From Sminthopsis crassicaudata (Eukaryota), in NCBI RefSeq assembly GCF_048593235.1, contig NC_133622.1, positions 241,893,198 to 241,957,197 on the forward strand: DNA of 64,000 nt. The letters are read 5' to 3'. The position numbers were made by a program, and so were the translations under genes. Numbering within the stretch: the first letter of the stretch is position 1; every line of letters begins with the position of its first letter. The notes under the pieces were generated by a model, which was not told where the DNA came from, did no database searches, and worked only from the letters and a program-made list of their open reading frames with translations. Positions 24,241 to 36,610 of this stretch are shown here, in pieces.

Positions 24241-25174
24241 AACGGGTTATATAATCATAAATCTGTAATGGTCTTCCTCATTTTATTTACCTTTAAAAGT
24301 GATCTGATCTTGTATGTCAATAACATACACATTTAGCTGCTACTTCTAAATGATCAATTTTCATTATGAAGCAAAAATCTAAAAATTCTGGCAAGTAAAA
24401 TGAGAAGACCATAAAATATCTAATGGGGAAAGAAAGAAAACCTCTCTTGTTAGTGATTCTAAATTTAAATCATACTTTTAGAAAGATAGTAAGTGATTTC
24501 AGAGATCTTTTCTATGCAAGAGTATAGAAAACTAATTACTACACTGTCTGACACTGAAACATACGTGTCTACTCTTTGAATAGAAATGAAATTTAATGAT
24601 TAAGTATTTTCTGATATGGCAAATTTCCTGATTTATTTTACTTAGTTCTACTTTGCAATAAAGTAGAACCTAATGTGACTATGTGTGTTTGAGAGAATGT
24701 TGGAAGGGGAAGTAAAGAATCAGGATAAGTGAAAATAAGTGACAACAATGTAAAAAGCAACAATAAACACATAAAGGGAACTTTTGCTATTTTCTTCAAG
24801 AAGAGGAAGAAATATGTTTTAGTGAAGAAAATTAGAACTTAAGATAAATTTTCAAGGAGGAATAATTAAAGATTTGATCTTACATTTAAGTGAGGTTACT
24901 ATAAAAGTGACACAAATATTTATGCTAAGTCTTGGACTTTATGTTTACCTGTTTCATTCGATTGTGTTTTTCTTGTTGTTGATGTTGTTGTTTTCTTTTG
25001 TTTTTGCTGTTCCTTTTTTCAAAGTCACATAAGGAGAATGGAATAGCTTTTCCCAGTACATAGATTAATGACGATTTAGTCTAAATTATAACTTCAAATT
25101 TGGTTTGTATGTGAGTGGGAAGAGAAAACTTTGGCTTCACATAATTACCAACAGATATTTTACAAACACCTTCT

Positions 25175-25375
25175 TCCTGATTTCAAATCTGGCCTAAAAC
25201 ACTTATTCTCCTTGAAGCTTTATTGTTGTGATCAATCAATTAACCCTACATGTCTCAGTTTCCTCATTTGTAAAATGAATTTGAGAAGGAAATGTCAAAT
25301 TATTCTTCTGTCTGCCAAGAACACACTAAAGGGGTCAATCAGAAATGATTGTATGACTAAACAGCATCAATGATT
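25175..25375 (+). mobile_element. MAR1-type marsupial SINE; duplicated copy at about 10845-11025
   Basis: TTCAAATCTGGCC ... GTCTCAGTTTCCTCATTTGTAAAATGAATTTGAGAAGGAAATG ... TGCCAAGA. Confidence 0.65.
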
Positions 25376-27430
25376 ATTTGGCAAATTGGTGAACAGAATT
25401 TTACATCTGAATCTCACATTTTGCAAACTTATTCATTAGCAAACAGATAAGAAATCTGATACTAAAAATACAGAATGATATTAAACTTGGGTATTCAAAG
25501 AATAAACTAATTGAATTTGATGCCATTCACAGACTACAATAGTGCCCAAATTCCTGAGTAAGCTTAAAATCATTTAAAAAAAAAAAATTGCTGAAGTGCC
25601 CTTAAAATAGTGTTAAATACTTAAGTATTAAAAGTGAAGAACAAATGGATTTTCCATGCCAAATACTTTCTCTTAAAGCTATGTAAAATTAAAAAAATTC
25701 AAAATATGCAAGCCAATTAAAAGAAATCAGACAAATTTTTGAATGCAATTAATTATATTTTATCATATCATCCTAAAATGTATTCTTTGAGTTTCTTGAC
25801 AATAAGTTGATATCCTAATATTTTAAAAACTATTTTTCACAATACAAACTCCCACAGATCATTAATGAATTAGGATTATCAATAGAATGTGACTCAGTGG
25901 AACAGAATTCCATATAAAATAAACATGAAGGAACAATGGTGATGACAAAGATATCCTGAATTGAAGTGAGTCAATTTTTACAATTTTCAAAATATTTTGA
26001 ATGTAACATTTCAATTATTTTTCATTGTAAAAAGTGGGTGGAGCTTTAAATGTGTTTTCCTTTTTATAGATGAGAAAGCTATTGTATGAGAATTATTATA
26101 ATTTAATCCACCTTATTTATTTAATGATTGAATCACCATTCTAAATGAGATCCCATCATATGTTTTCTAGAATAGAACTGACAATTGCTTCATTTTTTCT
26201 AAGATTGAGAAAAAAAACGATGAAAATAGATGATATTAAAAACTTAAATGCTATTAATATATTCTCAAGACAGACAATCATAGACATTGACCTGAAAGGG
26301 ATTTCAGGAGTTAATTAATCTAATCCTTTTTAGTTTATAGGAGGAAGCCAAAGCCCAGGAAAATTAAATTACTTGTTCAAGGCAGAAGATAATAAGGCAC
26401 CAAGAGAAACTTCAATATATGCTTTATGATGTTACTTTCTATCATTAGTTTATTGGAATTGCTTTAAAGCATCTCATTGTTGAAATGAGCCAAGTCCATC
26501 ATAATTGATGATTACATAAGTTTGTTGTTGCTATGTACAATGTTCTATTTTGTTGTTGTTGATTTCTCAGCATCAATTCCTATAAAAAAATTGGAATTGA
26601 CATGTAATAAATATATGAAAAGATGATTGAAGGTAGCAGAAGGCAAACATATACTAGCTAGAAAATTCGGGATATAATTCTTATGAATTAGTAATTCAAG
26701 GACACGAGACATATTTGTTAATCAAGATGCCCAGGGAATGCCACACTGAGGAAAGAGTGAAGTTGAGATAGGCCTTAAGAAAATGGGGAGATTCAGATAA
26801 TGAAACATGAATAGGGAAAAAATATTCCCAGGGAGAAAGAAAATCATGAATAAAGCTTAAAGGGCTAACATAACAAGGAGTATAAGACAATGATATTTAG
26901 GAAAATTAATAATATATTAAATTTCTCCTATTTCATATCTTATATGAAAACTATAGTGTCTGGTATCAGAACAGAGTTACATTTCAAAATAAAAATAATC
27001 TGGAATGGTGTTTCTGGTGGTATATATGAGATTTAGGTTGATTTCCAAGGTTTTATTAGATGACATTTCTTAGATCCATATTTTCATTCAAATATCCAAG
27101 AAAGATAGTCACAGCATTTAGTACATTTCCTGATGCATATTAAATATTTAAACGAAATTCATTGGTTGCTTTTGGTTTTAAAAGAGAGAATATAGAATAT
27201 TAAGACTTAGAATTGACCTTGGAAAACAGAACATTACTTGTTAGATATAAAATGCATAATTCAACAAAAGTTATAAAAGCTAAGTGTGATACAGGAGATC
27301 ATTTAATCAACAATTTCTGTTCCTCCCACAGGCACATTTATTTTTCTGAGGTAGAAACGGAAGCCTAGGGAAAGAAAGGTATTTTCTGGTTCTGATTTCA
27401 ATATTTTCACACCCAGAAGAAATTGAGAAA

Positions 27431-28354
27431 ATGGAAAGAAGCAATGCTACATTTGTGATGGAATTCATCCTCCTAGGATTTTCTGACCTTCCCGATTTCC
27501 AAAGGCTTCTATTTGGAATTTTCTTAGTCATCTATATGAATATACTAATAGGAAATGGACTCTTGATTATCATAACTAAGACCAATCCTACTCTTCAAAC
27601 CCCCATGTACTTTTTCCTTGGAAATTTTTCCTTCTTGGAAATCTGTTACACATCAGTCATTCTTCCTAGAATGCTGATAGACCTTTGGACTCAGAAGGGA
27701 AACATTCCATTCCTGTCCTGTGCTATACAAAATTGCTCCTTTAATATTCTAGGAGTTGCAGAGTGCTTACTCCTGGCTGTAATGGCTTATGACAGATATG
27801 CTGCCATCTGCAAGCCTCTTTACTATCCTATCATCATGAATCACAAGATGTGTGTCCAATTGGTGATTGCTTCCTGGATCACTGGTATTCCAGGTCTGAT
27901 AGGACTCACATACCAGATTTTCTCTCTGAACTTTTGTGATTCTAACAAACTCGATCATATTTTCTGTGATTCTCCACCATTACTGGAGGTTGCCTGTGGG
28001 GACACATATCAGAAAGAACTCTTTGTCCATGTTGCTGCTCTGTTTTTTGTCATGACACCCTTTCTGTTGATACTCATATCCTATATCAAAATCATCACCA
28101 CCATTCTAAAGCTTCCGTCAACCTCAGGGAAATCCAAAGCCTTCTCTACTTGTTCTTCTCACCTCATGGTTGTTGGTTTATTTTATGGGTCTGGTAGTAT
28201 TGTGTATTTGAGACCCAAATCAAGTCATTCAGCCAAATCAGATAAAGTCTTCTCTATTTTATATACAACTGTTACTCCAGTATTAAACCCTATGATATAC
28301 AGCCTGAGGAATAAGGATGTAATTGCTGCACTGAAAAAAATCCTTCCAAAGTGA
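27431..28354 (+). CDS. OR10AG1-like: Olfactory receptor (OR-C), OR10AG1-like, intact 307 aa
   Basis: Full OR motifs and cysteines; about 33 amino-acid differences from OR-A by manual count; acceptor-like CAG ends at 27416. Confidence 0.95.
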   Translation: MERSNATFVMEFILLGFSDLPDFQRLLFGIFLVIYMNILIGNGLLIIITKTNPTLQTPMYFFLGNFSFLEICYTSVILPRMLIDLWTQKGNIPFLSCAIQNCSFNILGVAECLLLAVMAYDRYAAICKPLYYPIIMNHKMCVQLVIASWITGIPGLIGLTYQIFSLNFCDSNKLDHIFCDSPPLLEVACGDTYQKELFVHVAALFFVMTPFLLILISYIKIITTILKLPSTSGKSKAFSTCSSHLMVVGLFYGSGSIVYLRPKSSHSAKSDKVFSILYTTVTPVLNPMIYSLRNKDVIAALKKILPK

Positions 28355-28969
28355 TGTGATTCATGAATGAAATTGTCAAATTTAAAAATAATGTTTTCTT
28401 CTCCATTTATTCCAATGATGCTAAGAAATAAATTTCTGTGTTTTTTATAAAATATTTTCAAAATCCTGAAAAGAAAATACAGGAGATTATATTTTAAGAT
28501 ATCCAACACCTGGTTCAAATATATATTTTATTTTACTACACATTGATTGGTTATAAAAACTGTCCTTTATCTCAAATAGTACTACTCTCAACAGAAACAC
28601 TGAGTGCAGCCTTATTATATTTTGTCTTTTTGTCCTAAAAATGTTCAAACTTATTCCTTTTACTCATAACTTCATAATTTACTTATTTTTATATTGATCA
28701 CCTTACCATATATGTATGTGAGTGCATGTTAAATTCAAATAATCTTTTAAGGTGCCTGCTATGTGCCAAGAATTGGAATTGGTCTGTGTTGGAAATGAAA
28801 AAAAAAAAAAAAAAAAAAGCCAGCACTTGCCTTCAAGGGAGGAGAAAACATATAAAAGAAAAGAAGGTCAAGTTGGGCTGGGGAAATGTAGTGGGTCCCA
28901 AGGACTACTTAGTACTAGGAGCATGATGTTCCATGGAATCCAAAAACATGACTTGTTCTTAAGGAAATA

Positions 28970-29103
28970 NNNNNNNNNNNNNNNNNNNNNNNNNNNNNNN
29001 NNNNNNNNNNNNNNNNNNNNNNNNNNNNNNNNNNNNNNNNNNNNNNNNNNNNNNNNNNNNNNNNNNNNNNNNNNNNNNNNNNNNNNNNNNNNNNNNNNNN
29101 NNN
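28970..29103. other. Assembly gap (position of the GA-rich tract in the paralogous flanks)
   Basis: Run of N. Confidence 1.
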
Positions 29104-29979
29104 GGGAAGGATATTGAGAATGTTGCACTCAGTTTCATTTCATATCAGTTCTTAATTCCACATAAGATCAAAATATCTACAAATGAAAGTATAGAATATC
29201 TACAATAGAAAGTATTGAATCTTTCTTTAAAAAATAGAATATAGAATATAACAATTGAATTGAATTTAAAAGCATAAACCAATAAAGTTAAAGCTTGGGG
29301 AAACTTGAGAAAGAAAACATCATATCTCAGAGAAATCAGAGAAATATTATATAAGAACAAATTCATCTTTTCATTTATATCATTTATATAAAGTCAGAAA
29401 ATAAGTTAACTTCCTACTTTTGAATTCATTATGTAAGACAGTAAAAAAAAAAAAAATAGCAGGAGACAATTTTATTTTAATGGTCAAATTAATCCTCTTG
29501 TGATTTTTCTGACCCTTCTAACTTCCAGGGATTTCTCTTTAGGATTTTCTTATTTAATCTTCATTTTTATAAATAAAGGAAATATTGTCAATTTTGTTAT
29601 AACCAAAGTTGATCCAGCTTTTCAAACCTTTATCTACCTTTTTCTTGGAAACTTTTACTTTTTGGAAATAATCTGATCTTCAATCACTATCTGTAGGATG
29701 TCGTCAGTCCTTTGGAAAAAGAAGAGAATCATTTATTTTGTGTGCTGTGTTATACAACTCTGTTTTTTACATGTGGTGAAAGGCAGTATCCACAACAGGA
29801 TGTGATAGCTTATGATAATAAATGTGTTACCATCTGTAAGCTTCTCAACTATTCTCTCATCATGAACCACAAGGTGTGCCTCCTAAGAGTCATTTCCTCT
29901 TGGATTTGTGGTATTCCACTTTTTTTAGACAGATATGTCAGATATTCTATTTTCTTTTCTGTGGTCTCAAAAAAATAAT

Positions 29980-30425
29980 TATCCATCAACAAGATTATAT
30001 GATAATCAATTCTGATGGACATGGCTCTCTTTAACAATGAGATGATTCAAATCAGTTCCAATTGTTCAGTGATGAAGAGAGCCATATACGCCTAGAGAGA
30101 GGACTGTGAGGACTAAGTCTGGACCACAATTTTCATTCATTCAGTACATATTTGCTTGCATTTTGTTTCTGTTCTCAGGTTTATTTTTCCTTCTTGATCC
30201 ATTTTTTTTTCTTGTGCAAAAGATAACTGTCTTTATATAGAAATTGTGTATTTATATAGAATTTAACATATTTTAAAACATATTTAATATGTATTGAACT
30301 ACCTGCCATCTAGGGAAGGAGGTAGGATGAAGAGGGAAAAAATGGAACAGAAAATTTTGCAAGGGTCAATGTTGAAAAATTATCCATGTATATGTTTTAT
30401 AAATAAAAAGCTTTAAAAATGCTTC
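29980..30425 (+). mobile_element. L1 3'UTR fragment inserted in the pseudogene ECL2
   Basis: L1 3' end ending AATAAAAAGCTTT; possible AATAAT duplication at 29974 and 30426. Confidence 0.8.
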
Positions 30426-30521
30426 AATAATATATTCAATGATGTCTCATCCCTACTCAAAATGGCCTATGGAGACACCACTCCAAATGATTATTTTGTC
30501 TATGCTGATTCTGATAAATTT

Positions 30522-30573
30522 GCCTCCCAAATCCTGACTCCCGACTTCCGACTCTAACCCTAACCCTAAATTT
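30522..30573. repeat. Short insertion ending in telomeric repeats, with 7-bp TSD
   Basis: CTAACCCTAACCCTAA at 30554-30569; TAAATTT at 30515-30521 and 30567-30573; removing 52 nt restores codon colinearity with paralog TM5. Confidence 0.75.
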
Positions 30574-30828
30574 CTTTTGCTTCCCAAGCTATTGATTCTC
30601 ATATCATGTGTTAGAGTTAGTACCATCCTAAAATTGCTATCAATTTAGGGTAAATTCAAGGCTTTTTCCATCTGTTTTTTTTTTTTTTTCCCCACCTTAC
30701 AATTGTGGGACTATTTTATGGGACAGTTATCATTATGTATTTGTCCTAAGTTCAGCCACTAGCTAAAACATACCATAGTAAGCTCCATCTTTAACCCCCT
30801 AATATATAGCCTAAGAAACAGGTATGTT

Positions 30829-30905
30829 GGAGTAGCAAGATTGTGCAGTGGATAGAGCATGGCCCTGGAGTAAGGAGGATGTGAGTTCAAATCCAGCATC
30901 AGGCA
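30829..30905 (+). mobile_element. tRNA-derived marsupial SINE head (WSINE1/MAR1-like)
   Basis: GCAGTGGATAGAGCATGGCCCTGGAGTAAGGAGGATGTGAGTTCAAATCC with A/B-box-like segments. Confidence 0.8.
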
Positions 30906-32530
30906 GAAAGAAGGATGGAAAGAACGAATGAAGGAAGGAAAAAATAAAGAATAAAGGAAACAATTTTTTAAAAAGGAAAGGAAGAAAGAAACTAAGAAAG
31001 GAAAAGAGAAATAAAGAAATAAAGATAGAAGGATATTATAGTTGAACTTGAGAAGTTAGTACCAAAGAGGTTGAAGTAGTGAAGTAATATTCAAACTACT
31101 GGAGATTTGTTATTCTTTCTTAGCCTCCAGTCTGTGAACTCCTCTTTCTCAATCTTTACTTTATCTTTAGTATACACATTGCAATGCACAAATGCAATGA
31201 AGGCTGGAGCTGTTATCTTTGACAATATCAGACAATTGCCTGAAATTTGCATCTCAATGTTCTGAGTCTCCACAGAACCACTTAACCACTGTAAAGATTT
31301 ATTGTGAAGATTGGGTAATATCAGGATATCTTTATTTTTCTAATCCAAGACTGAAATTTCCTTGACCTATAATTTCCTAGAGGAATGAATTCCACTTCCA
31401 TGTTTCTGTTTTTGTATGAAAGGTTATTGTTTGTCCTTCATTCTTGAAGAAATCAATGATATCAGGGAGGTGATGACATGACAAGCAAGGGAGAGCTGGT
31501 GAATGAGGGATAATAGATTGACTGAGAGAGACAGAGAAAAACACAAATGAAGACAGACAGAGATCAGATTAAGAAATAACTTGAAGTTTTATAATCTTAA
31601 GGCACTTCTTTATCCTTGAAACTTATTTCTGAATACATTTAATCTTATATGCAACCTGTCCATAAAACATCCAATTTTGAAAATTATGTTCTAATTTTGC
31701 TATGACCAGGACAGAAATACTATACACTCCTCTATCCTGGATATTATGACACCATTAATATGATATAATTGCTTATTCATTTTCCATTAATATTACATTT
31801 AAACTCATTCAATTTTCAATCTTGTAATATACAATTTTTTAATTTAAAAAAGTATGCGAATTCATCTCAGTAAAATTGTCCATGTAACACAAGTTCTTGA
31901 TATAAGTAGGTTTTATGTTTAATTATATTGAATTATATTTTATTAAATGTCACTGAAGTTTGTTTCACATATTTTGTTGGGATATTAAATCTTCATCACA
32001 GTCTGTGAACTATTTCATCTATTTCTATAATAGTATGCATTCTAGAAATTTTCTTTTTCTTTGAATAGAATTCAAACTTTTGTCAGTCAGTTATGAGTAT
32101 ATTTAAACAAGTTAACTTTTTTTGTTTTTCAGTAAAATTTCCTCCAAAATCTCTTAATGGCTAGAAATGTGTTAAATTCATGCTCATTAAACTGCACCAG
32201 AAGCAAAAGAAAATAAGATATATGTGAATCCAATAAAAAAAAGTTTCCTGAAATAATTGGTTTGGATGATTTAAATTGCCCTTAATATATTAATATAGCT
32301 GTTCAATAGAGCTAACAATCTAAAAGACTTGTACTTTGTTCTCTTGCCTTATAACCTATTAATTTTTGACAATTACTCTGGAAACCCTTAATTATTTCAT
32401 ATCATCATTTCTAATAGAACAATAATTTTCCTTTAAAGTTCTATACCTAACTTGGTTTACCATTTCTTGGGTTGATGCTCCCCTTTTCAATATTCCCATA
32501 TCTTTGTCCCAATAAAAGCAGTTACTGAGG

Positions 32531-32561
<31 letters not shown>

Positions 32562-32617
32562 GTTTGTTTTTTAATAAATAAATCCTTTTACTTTCTAAAA
32601 ATATTTTTAAATAATAT

Positions 32618-32850
32618 TATTGTTGTTGCTCAGTTATACTTTTTATTCTTAAAGAGAATATATCAAGAGGGCAATGTCAACTTAATAAGTGATTTGGATT
32701 CAAGTGGAGCAGGGTTGTCTCTTCAAGACTCAACTGAGTTCAGTGACAAGACATAGATCAAAACAGCCCCAGACATAGTAGGGACCCTGGTCTTTTTAAG
32801 CTAAGTGGTTTTTTCCATGTTCTCAGTTTTTCTGAAACAATGTTTATTCA
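32618..32850. mobile_element. Marsupial interspersed repeat, family name uncertain; a shorter related piece at 31426-31500
   Basis: Shared TTGTT...TTCTTGAAGA...ATCAGGGAGGTGATG-type opening in both copies. Confidence 0.5.
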
Positions 32851-32864
32851 GTGTTTGAAATTTA

Positions 32865-33600
32865 GGTAAGCAGTTTATGCACAATTTTATGTTCTTTGGG
32901 CATAGTTATAAATTATCTTCTAGAATGGTTTGATCAGTCCACAGTTCTAATCAGACTGCATTTTTGTAAGTATTTTTCCATATTGCCTTCAGTATTTGTC
33001 ATTTTCCTTTTCTGTCATATTAATCTATCTTGCAGATGTGAGGTGATACCATAGAGTTCTATTTTTTATTGTTCACTTGAATAGTGATGTAGAACATTTA
33101 TTCATGTGACTATCAATAGTGTTTTTGTTTGTTTGTTTGTTTGTTTGTTTGTTTGTTTGTTTTCCGAGAACTGCTTTTTCAGGGAAAATGACCCACATGT
33201 GCAAAAATGTTTGTAGTAGCCATTTGTTTGTGGTGACAAGGAATAGGAAATTGAGTGCATGCCCATCAGTTGGGTGAATAAGTTATGGCATATGAATGTT
33301 ATGGAATATTATTTTTCTATAAGAAATGAGCAACAGGATGATTTCAAAGAGGTCTGGAGAAAATTACATGGACCGATGCTAAGTGAATCAAGAAAACATT
33401 GTACACAGCCACAACTATAATGGACTTGGCTCATTTCAACAATGAGAGGACTGAGAACAATTCCAATAGACTTATGAGGGAGAGAGCCAACTGCACACAG
33501 AGAAAGAGGTGGATAATGAATATGGATCATAACATAGTATTTTCATCTTTTTGGTTGTTCTTTGATTATTTAAATTTTTAAATTCTTTTTCATATCTTTG
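32865..33600. mobile_element. 5'-inverted (twin-primed) L1 fragment
   Basis: Minus-strand ORF2 C-terminal piece 32865-33180 abuts the plus-strand next ORF2 segment (GK.PTCAKMFV) and 3'UTR from 33181. Confidence 0.65.
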
Positions 33601-34049
33601 ATCATTTAGCAATTGAAAAATTCCTCTTATTAAAATGAATTTGTCTTGATATCACATATTTGAAAAGAAACTTTTAATAGAGAATCTTGCAAACATTTCC
33701 CTAATTTCCTATTTTTCTTCAAATTAATGGGAAAATATCCTTTGTTGACATATTATAAACAAAACAATCCATTTTATTTTTTTTTTTTGTAATCTATCCT
33801 TTGCTTTGGTCATAAACGTATGCTTTTCCAAGGGTCTAACAAATAAAATTTTTACTTCTCCATAATTTGTCCAAATTATGTGACCGTTTGGCTTACATTA
33901 TGAGATAGTGGCATCTGCCTAATGTCTGCCAAATTATCTTTGATTTCTCTCACATTTTGTTAAAAATAGTAAATTCTTATTCCTCAAATCTTGCATCAAT
34001 ACTACTTCTAAAAAAAAAGTTTAAAAAAGCCTAAGATAATACTTCTTTC

Positions 34050-36610
34050 ATTCTGGGATCAGAGATCAAATTTAAAAGAAAGGAAAAAAGTGCAAAAAAG
34101 TGAGAAAAAAAAAGAATCTGATGATAGAAAGTTGATGATGACAAGGAAGACCAAGACACAAACTGAAACAAGAACAGCATTTGTGAAACTACCTATTGAG
34201 AAAAATCATAAAGTAAAAGCAGTAAGTGGTCTTAAGTACAGAAGGAATATATGAAAGAGCTCAAAAAAAAAGAGCTTAAAATATATAAGAGAGGTGAAAT
34301 GAAGATAGAAAAAAGAAGAAAGAATGATGCAAAGTAATTATGGAAAAATTAACATTTTGGAAAACTGCTTAAAAAGTAGAACTGGACAAATAGAAAAGGA
34401 GATAGAGAATCCATTGAAGAAAACAACTCCTAAATAGTACATTTGGGCAAAAACTAAAGGACAGAAGGTAATTGAGGAAAACAACCTTAAAAGTTAAAAA
34501 GAGGCAAGGCGAAATTCACAACTGTCTGAGACAACAAGAATCAATCACCCATATTCAAAAGAATGAAAAAAAATAATAAAATACAAAATATCTCATTGGA
34601 AAAACAACTGACCTGGTAAACAGATTAAAGAGAAACAATATAGAATCAGTGGACTGCATGAAAGACATAAGCATAAGAAAAGACATAAGACATAAGACAG
34701 CATCTTTCAAGAAATTATCAAGAAAAATTACCCTGATATCCTGGGACCAGAGGGAAAAAGAACTTTGAAGAAATCTATCAAGTATCACAGTAAAGAGATT
34801 GAAAAATTAAAACTCCTAGGAACATTATAACAACATTTAAAAACTATCAGGTCAAGAAAAAAAAAATACTACAAGTGTCCAGAAAGAAACAAATCAAATA
34901 TTGGGAAGTCATAGTAAAGATTACACAGTTGAAACATTAAAGGATCAGAAGTTTTGGACCATGCTATTCCTCAAGGCAAAGGACAATTACAAGAAAGAAT
35001 CATTTACCCAATAATCAATGAAATTACCAATCAATGAAATGTAAAAAGTCCAAGATTTCATAAGTAGAATCAACTTCAAAATTTAATCAACAATATTAAG
35101 ACCTAAGAGAAGCATAAATAGGTAAAAAGGGAAAAGAAATGTGATTAAAAAGAATTAACCTGTTTATAGCACTCCATGAAAAAATTATACTTATAATCTT
35201 TAAAAAAATCACTAATAGCATAGCTAGAAAGAATATACACAGACAAAGAGTATGGGTATAAAGTGAATTTGAGGGAATGATCTTAAAAAAATTAAGGGAT
35301 GAAAAGGAAGTATACACTAAGTGGTGATGGAAGGGAGAGATGTAATGAACTAAGTTTTTACATGAAAAGTCATAAAACAAAACACTGATTCCAATAGAGA
35401 GGAAGGTGGGAAGGTGGGCAGTGAGCAGGATTTGACCCTTACTCTCAGCAGTATTTACTCAAAGTTGGAATAACATACCCAATAAATTGAATGTAGAAAT
35501 CTAACTTTCAGGACTGAGGTGTATAAGGGAAAGAAATTGCATAAGAGGACAGTTTTTTTTTTGGGGGGGATGGGTGGACTGACAAAAGGGAAGAAAGATT
35601 CGGGGAGATGATAGACGGAATAAAAATGATGTGTCAGGAAAGAAAAGGTTAAAAAATGGAGGAAAAGTGGATGGATAGATAGTAATCTTAACTTTTAATG
35701 TGAATGGGATGAATTCTCCCATAAAATAGAAGTGGATAGCAGAATGGATCTAAAACTGAAATCCTACACTGAGTTGTTTAAAAGAAATATATTCAAAGCA
35801 GACAGGTCCACAGACAATAAAGGGAACTTGAACAAAATCTATTATTCTTAAGCTGAAGTATTAAAAGCAGGGTTAGCCATCCTGATCTCAAAATAAAAGC
35901 AAAAAAAAAAAAATAGACTTAATTAAAAAGAGATGAGCAAGGAAACTGCATCTTACTAAAAAGAACTTCAAATAGTGAAGTGATGTAAGGGGCCTTTAAA
36001 TGGGTGCCACAGCGCATCGGGAGATTGAGGCCCGGAAGTAATTTCTGTGGATATTAGGACTGCCCTTGGGCGGGATCCTGGCCATATTGAGATAGCTTCA
36101 TAATGGGCGACTCTCTCGCTGATTGGCTGTGTGTGTGACCTCACAGGCCCTATGTAAGCCCACTGCAGGCATCAATCGCCCTCTTTAACCTGGTGTTCTT
36201 CACCTTGGCTTCCTAGCCTGGGTGGCCAAGCCAAGATGGATAGCCAAAAGAGGTAAGGGTTTTGGTAGTGAACACATGGGTCTTCTGACCAGGTGTTCAC
36301 TCGGGAACCAACAAGTCAGGGCATCAGTTAGGGCATTATGTGAGTAGGTATAATAAAGGCTTTTAAGATTACATGTGGCTGTTCTTGAGTACGCTACTGG
36401 TTATTAAGCTATAGATTCAAGAGATTGTGGCCAGAGACCTTTGAAGGCCTCAGAGGAGGCGAGCCGGGTAGAGTTCACACTGCAAAGGACAGTGGTCAAA
36501 GGTACTCTGGTGGGTCTAGGACAGACTAGTAATTGTAACTGCCGGGAGAGCACGTTACAAAGTGATATCAATATTAACATATTTGCACCAAATATTATAG
36601 CATCCAAATT
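34050..36610 (+). mobile_element. Old L1: ORF1 remnant, spacer, ORF2 endonuclease start; contains a solo LTR
   Basis: LTFNVNGMNSPIK near 35690; EVISIL/NIFAPN near 35975 and 36560-36595. Confidence 0.8.
35984..36559 (+). mobile_element. Solo ERV LTR, 576 bp, CpG-retaining
   Basis: TGTAA...TTACA inverted ends, 6-bp TSD AAGTGA (35978-35983 and 36560-36565), ATTGG box near 36122, AATAAA near 36352. Confidence 0.93.

Larger units (their letters stand above)
27025..29520 (+). repeat. Duplication shared with 1-2520 (OR-A unit); homology resumes at 32225-32520 vs 2590-2880
   Basis: High flank identity, e.g. CAAATATCCAAGAAAGATAGTCACAG and CATCATTTCTAATAGAACAATAAT in both copies. Confidence 0.9.
29456..30828 (+). 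pseudogene. Decayed OR10AG-like pseudogene, interrupted by an L1 3' fragment and a telomeric insert, ended by a SINE
   Basis: Remnants: ILL*F-SD, ITKVDPAFQTFIYLFLGNFYFLEI, VIAYD..CVTICKLLNYSLIMNHKVC, IFNDVSSLLKMAYGDT, IFNPLIYSLRN; ATG>ATA, stops and frameshifts. Confidence 0.9.

Noticed and set aside
28752-29128. ORFs containing X runs (also near 40004, 49036, 49987, 53718)
   Set aside because: They are open only because they span assembly gaps.
29712-29978. 88-aa ORF as a small protein gene
   Set aside because: A mixed-frame piece of the OR pseudogene TM3-TM4.
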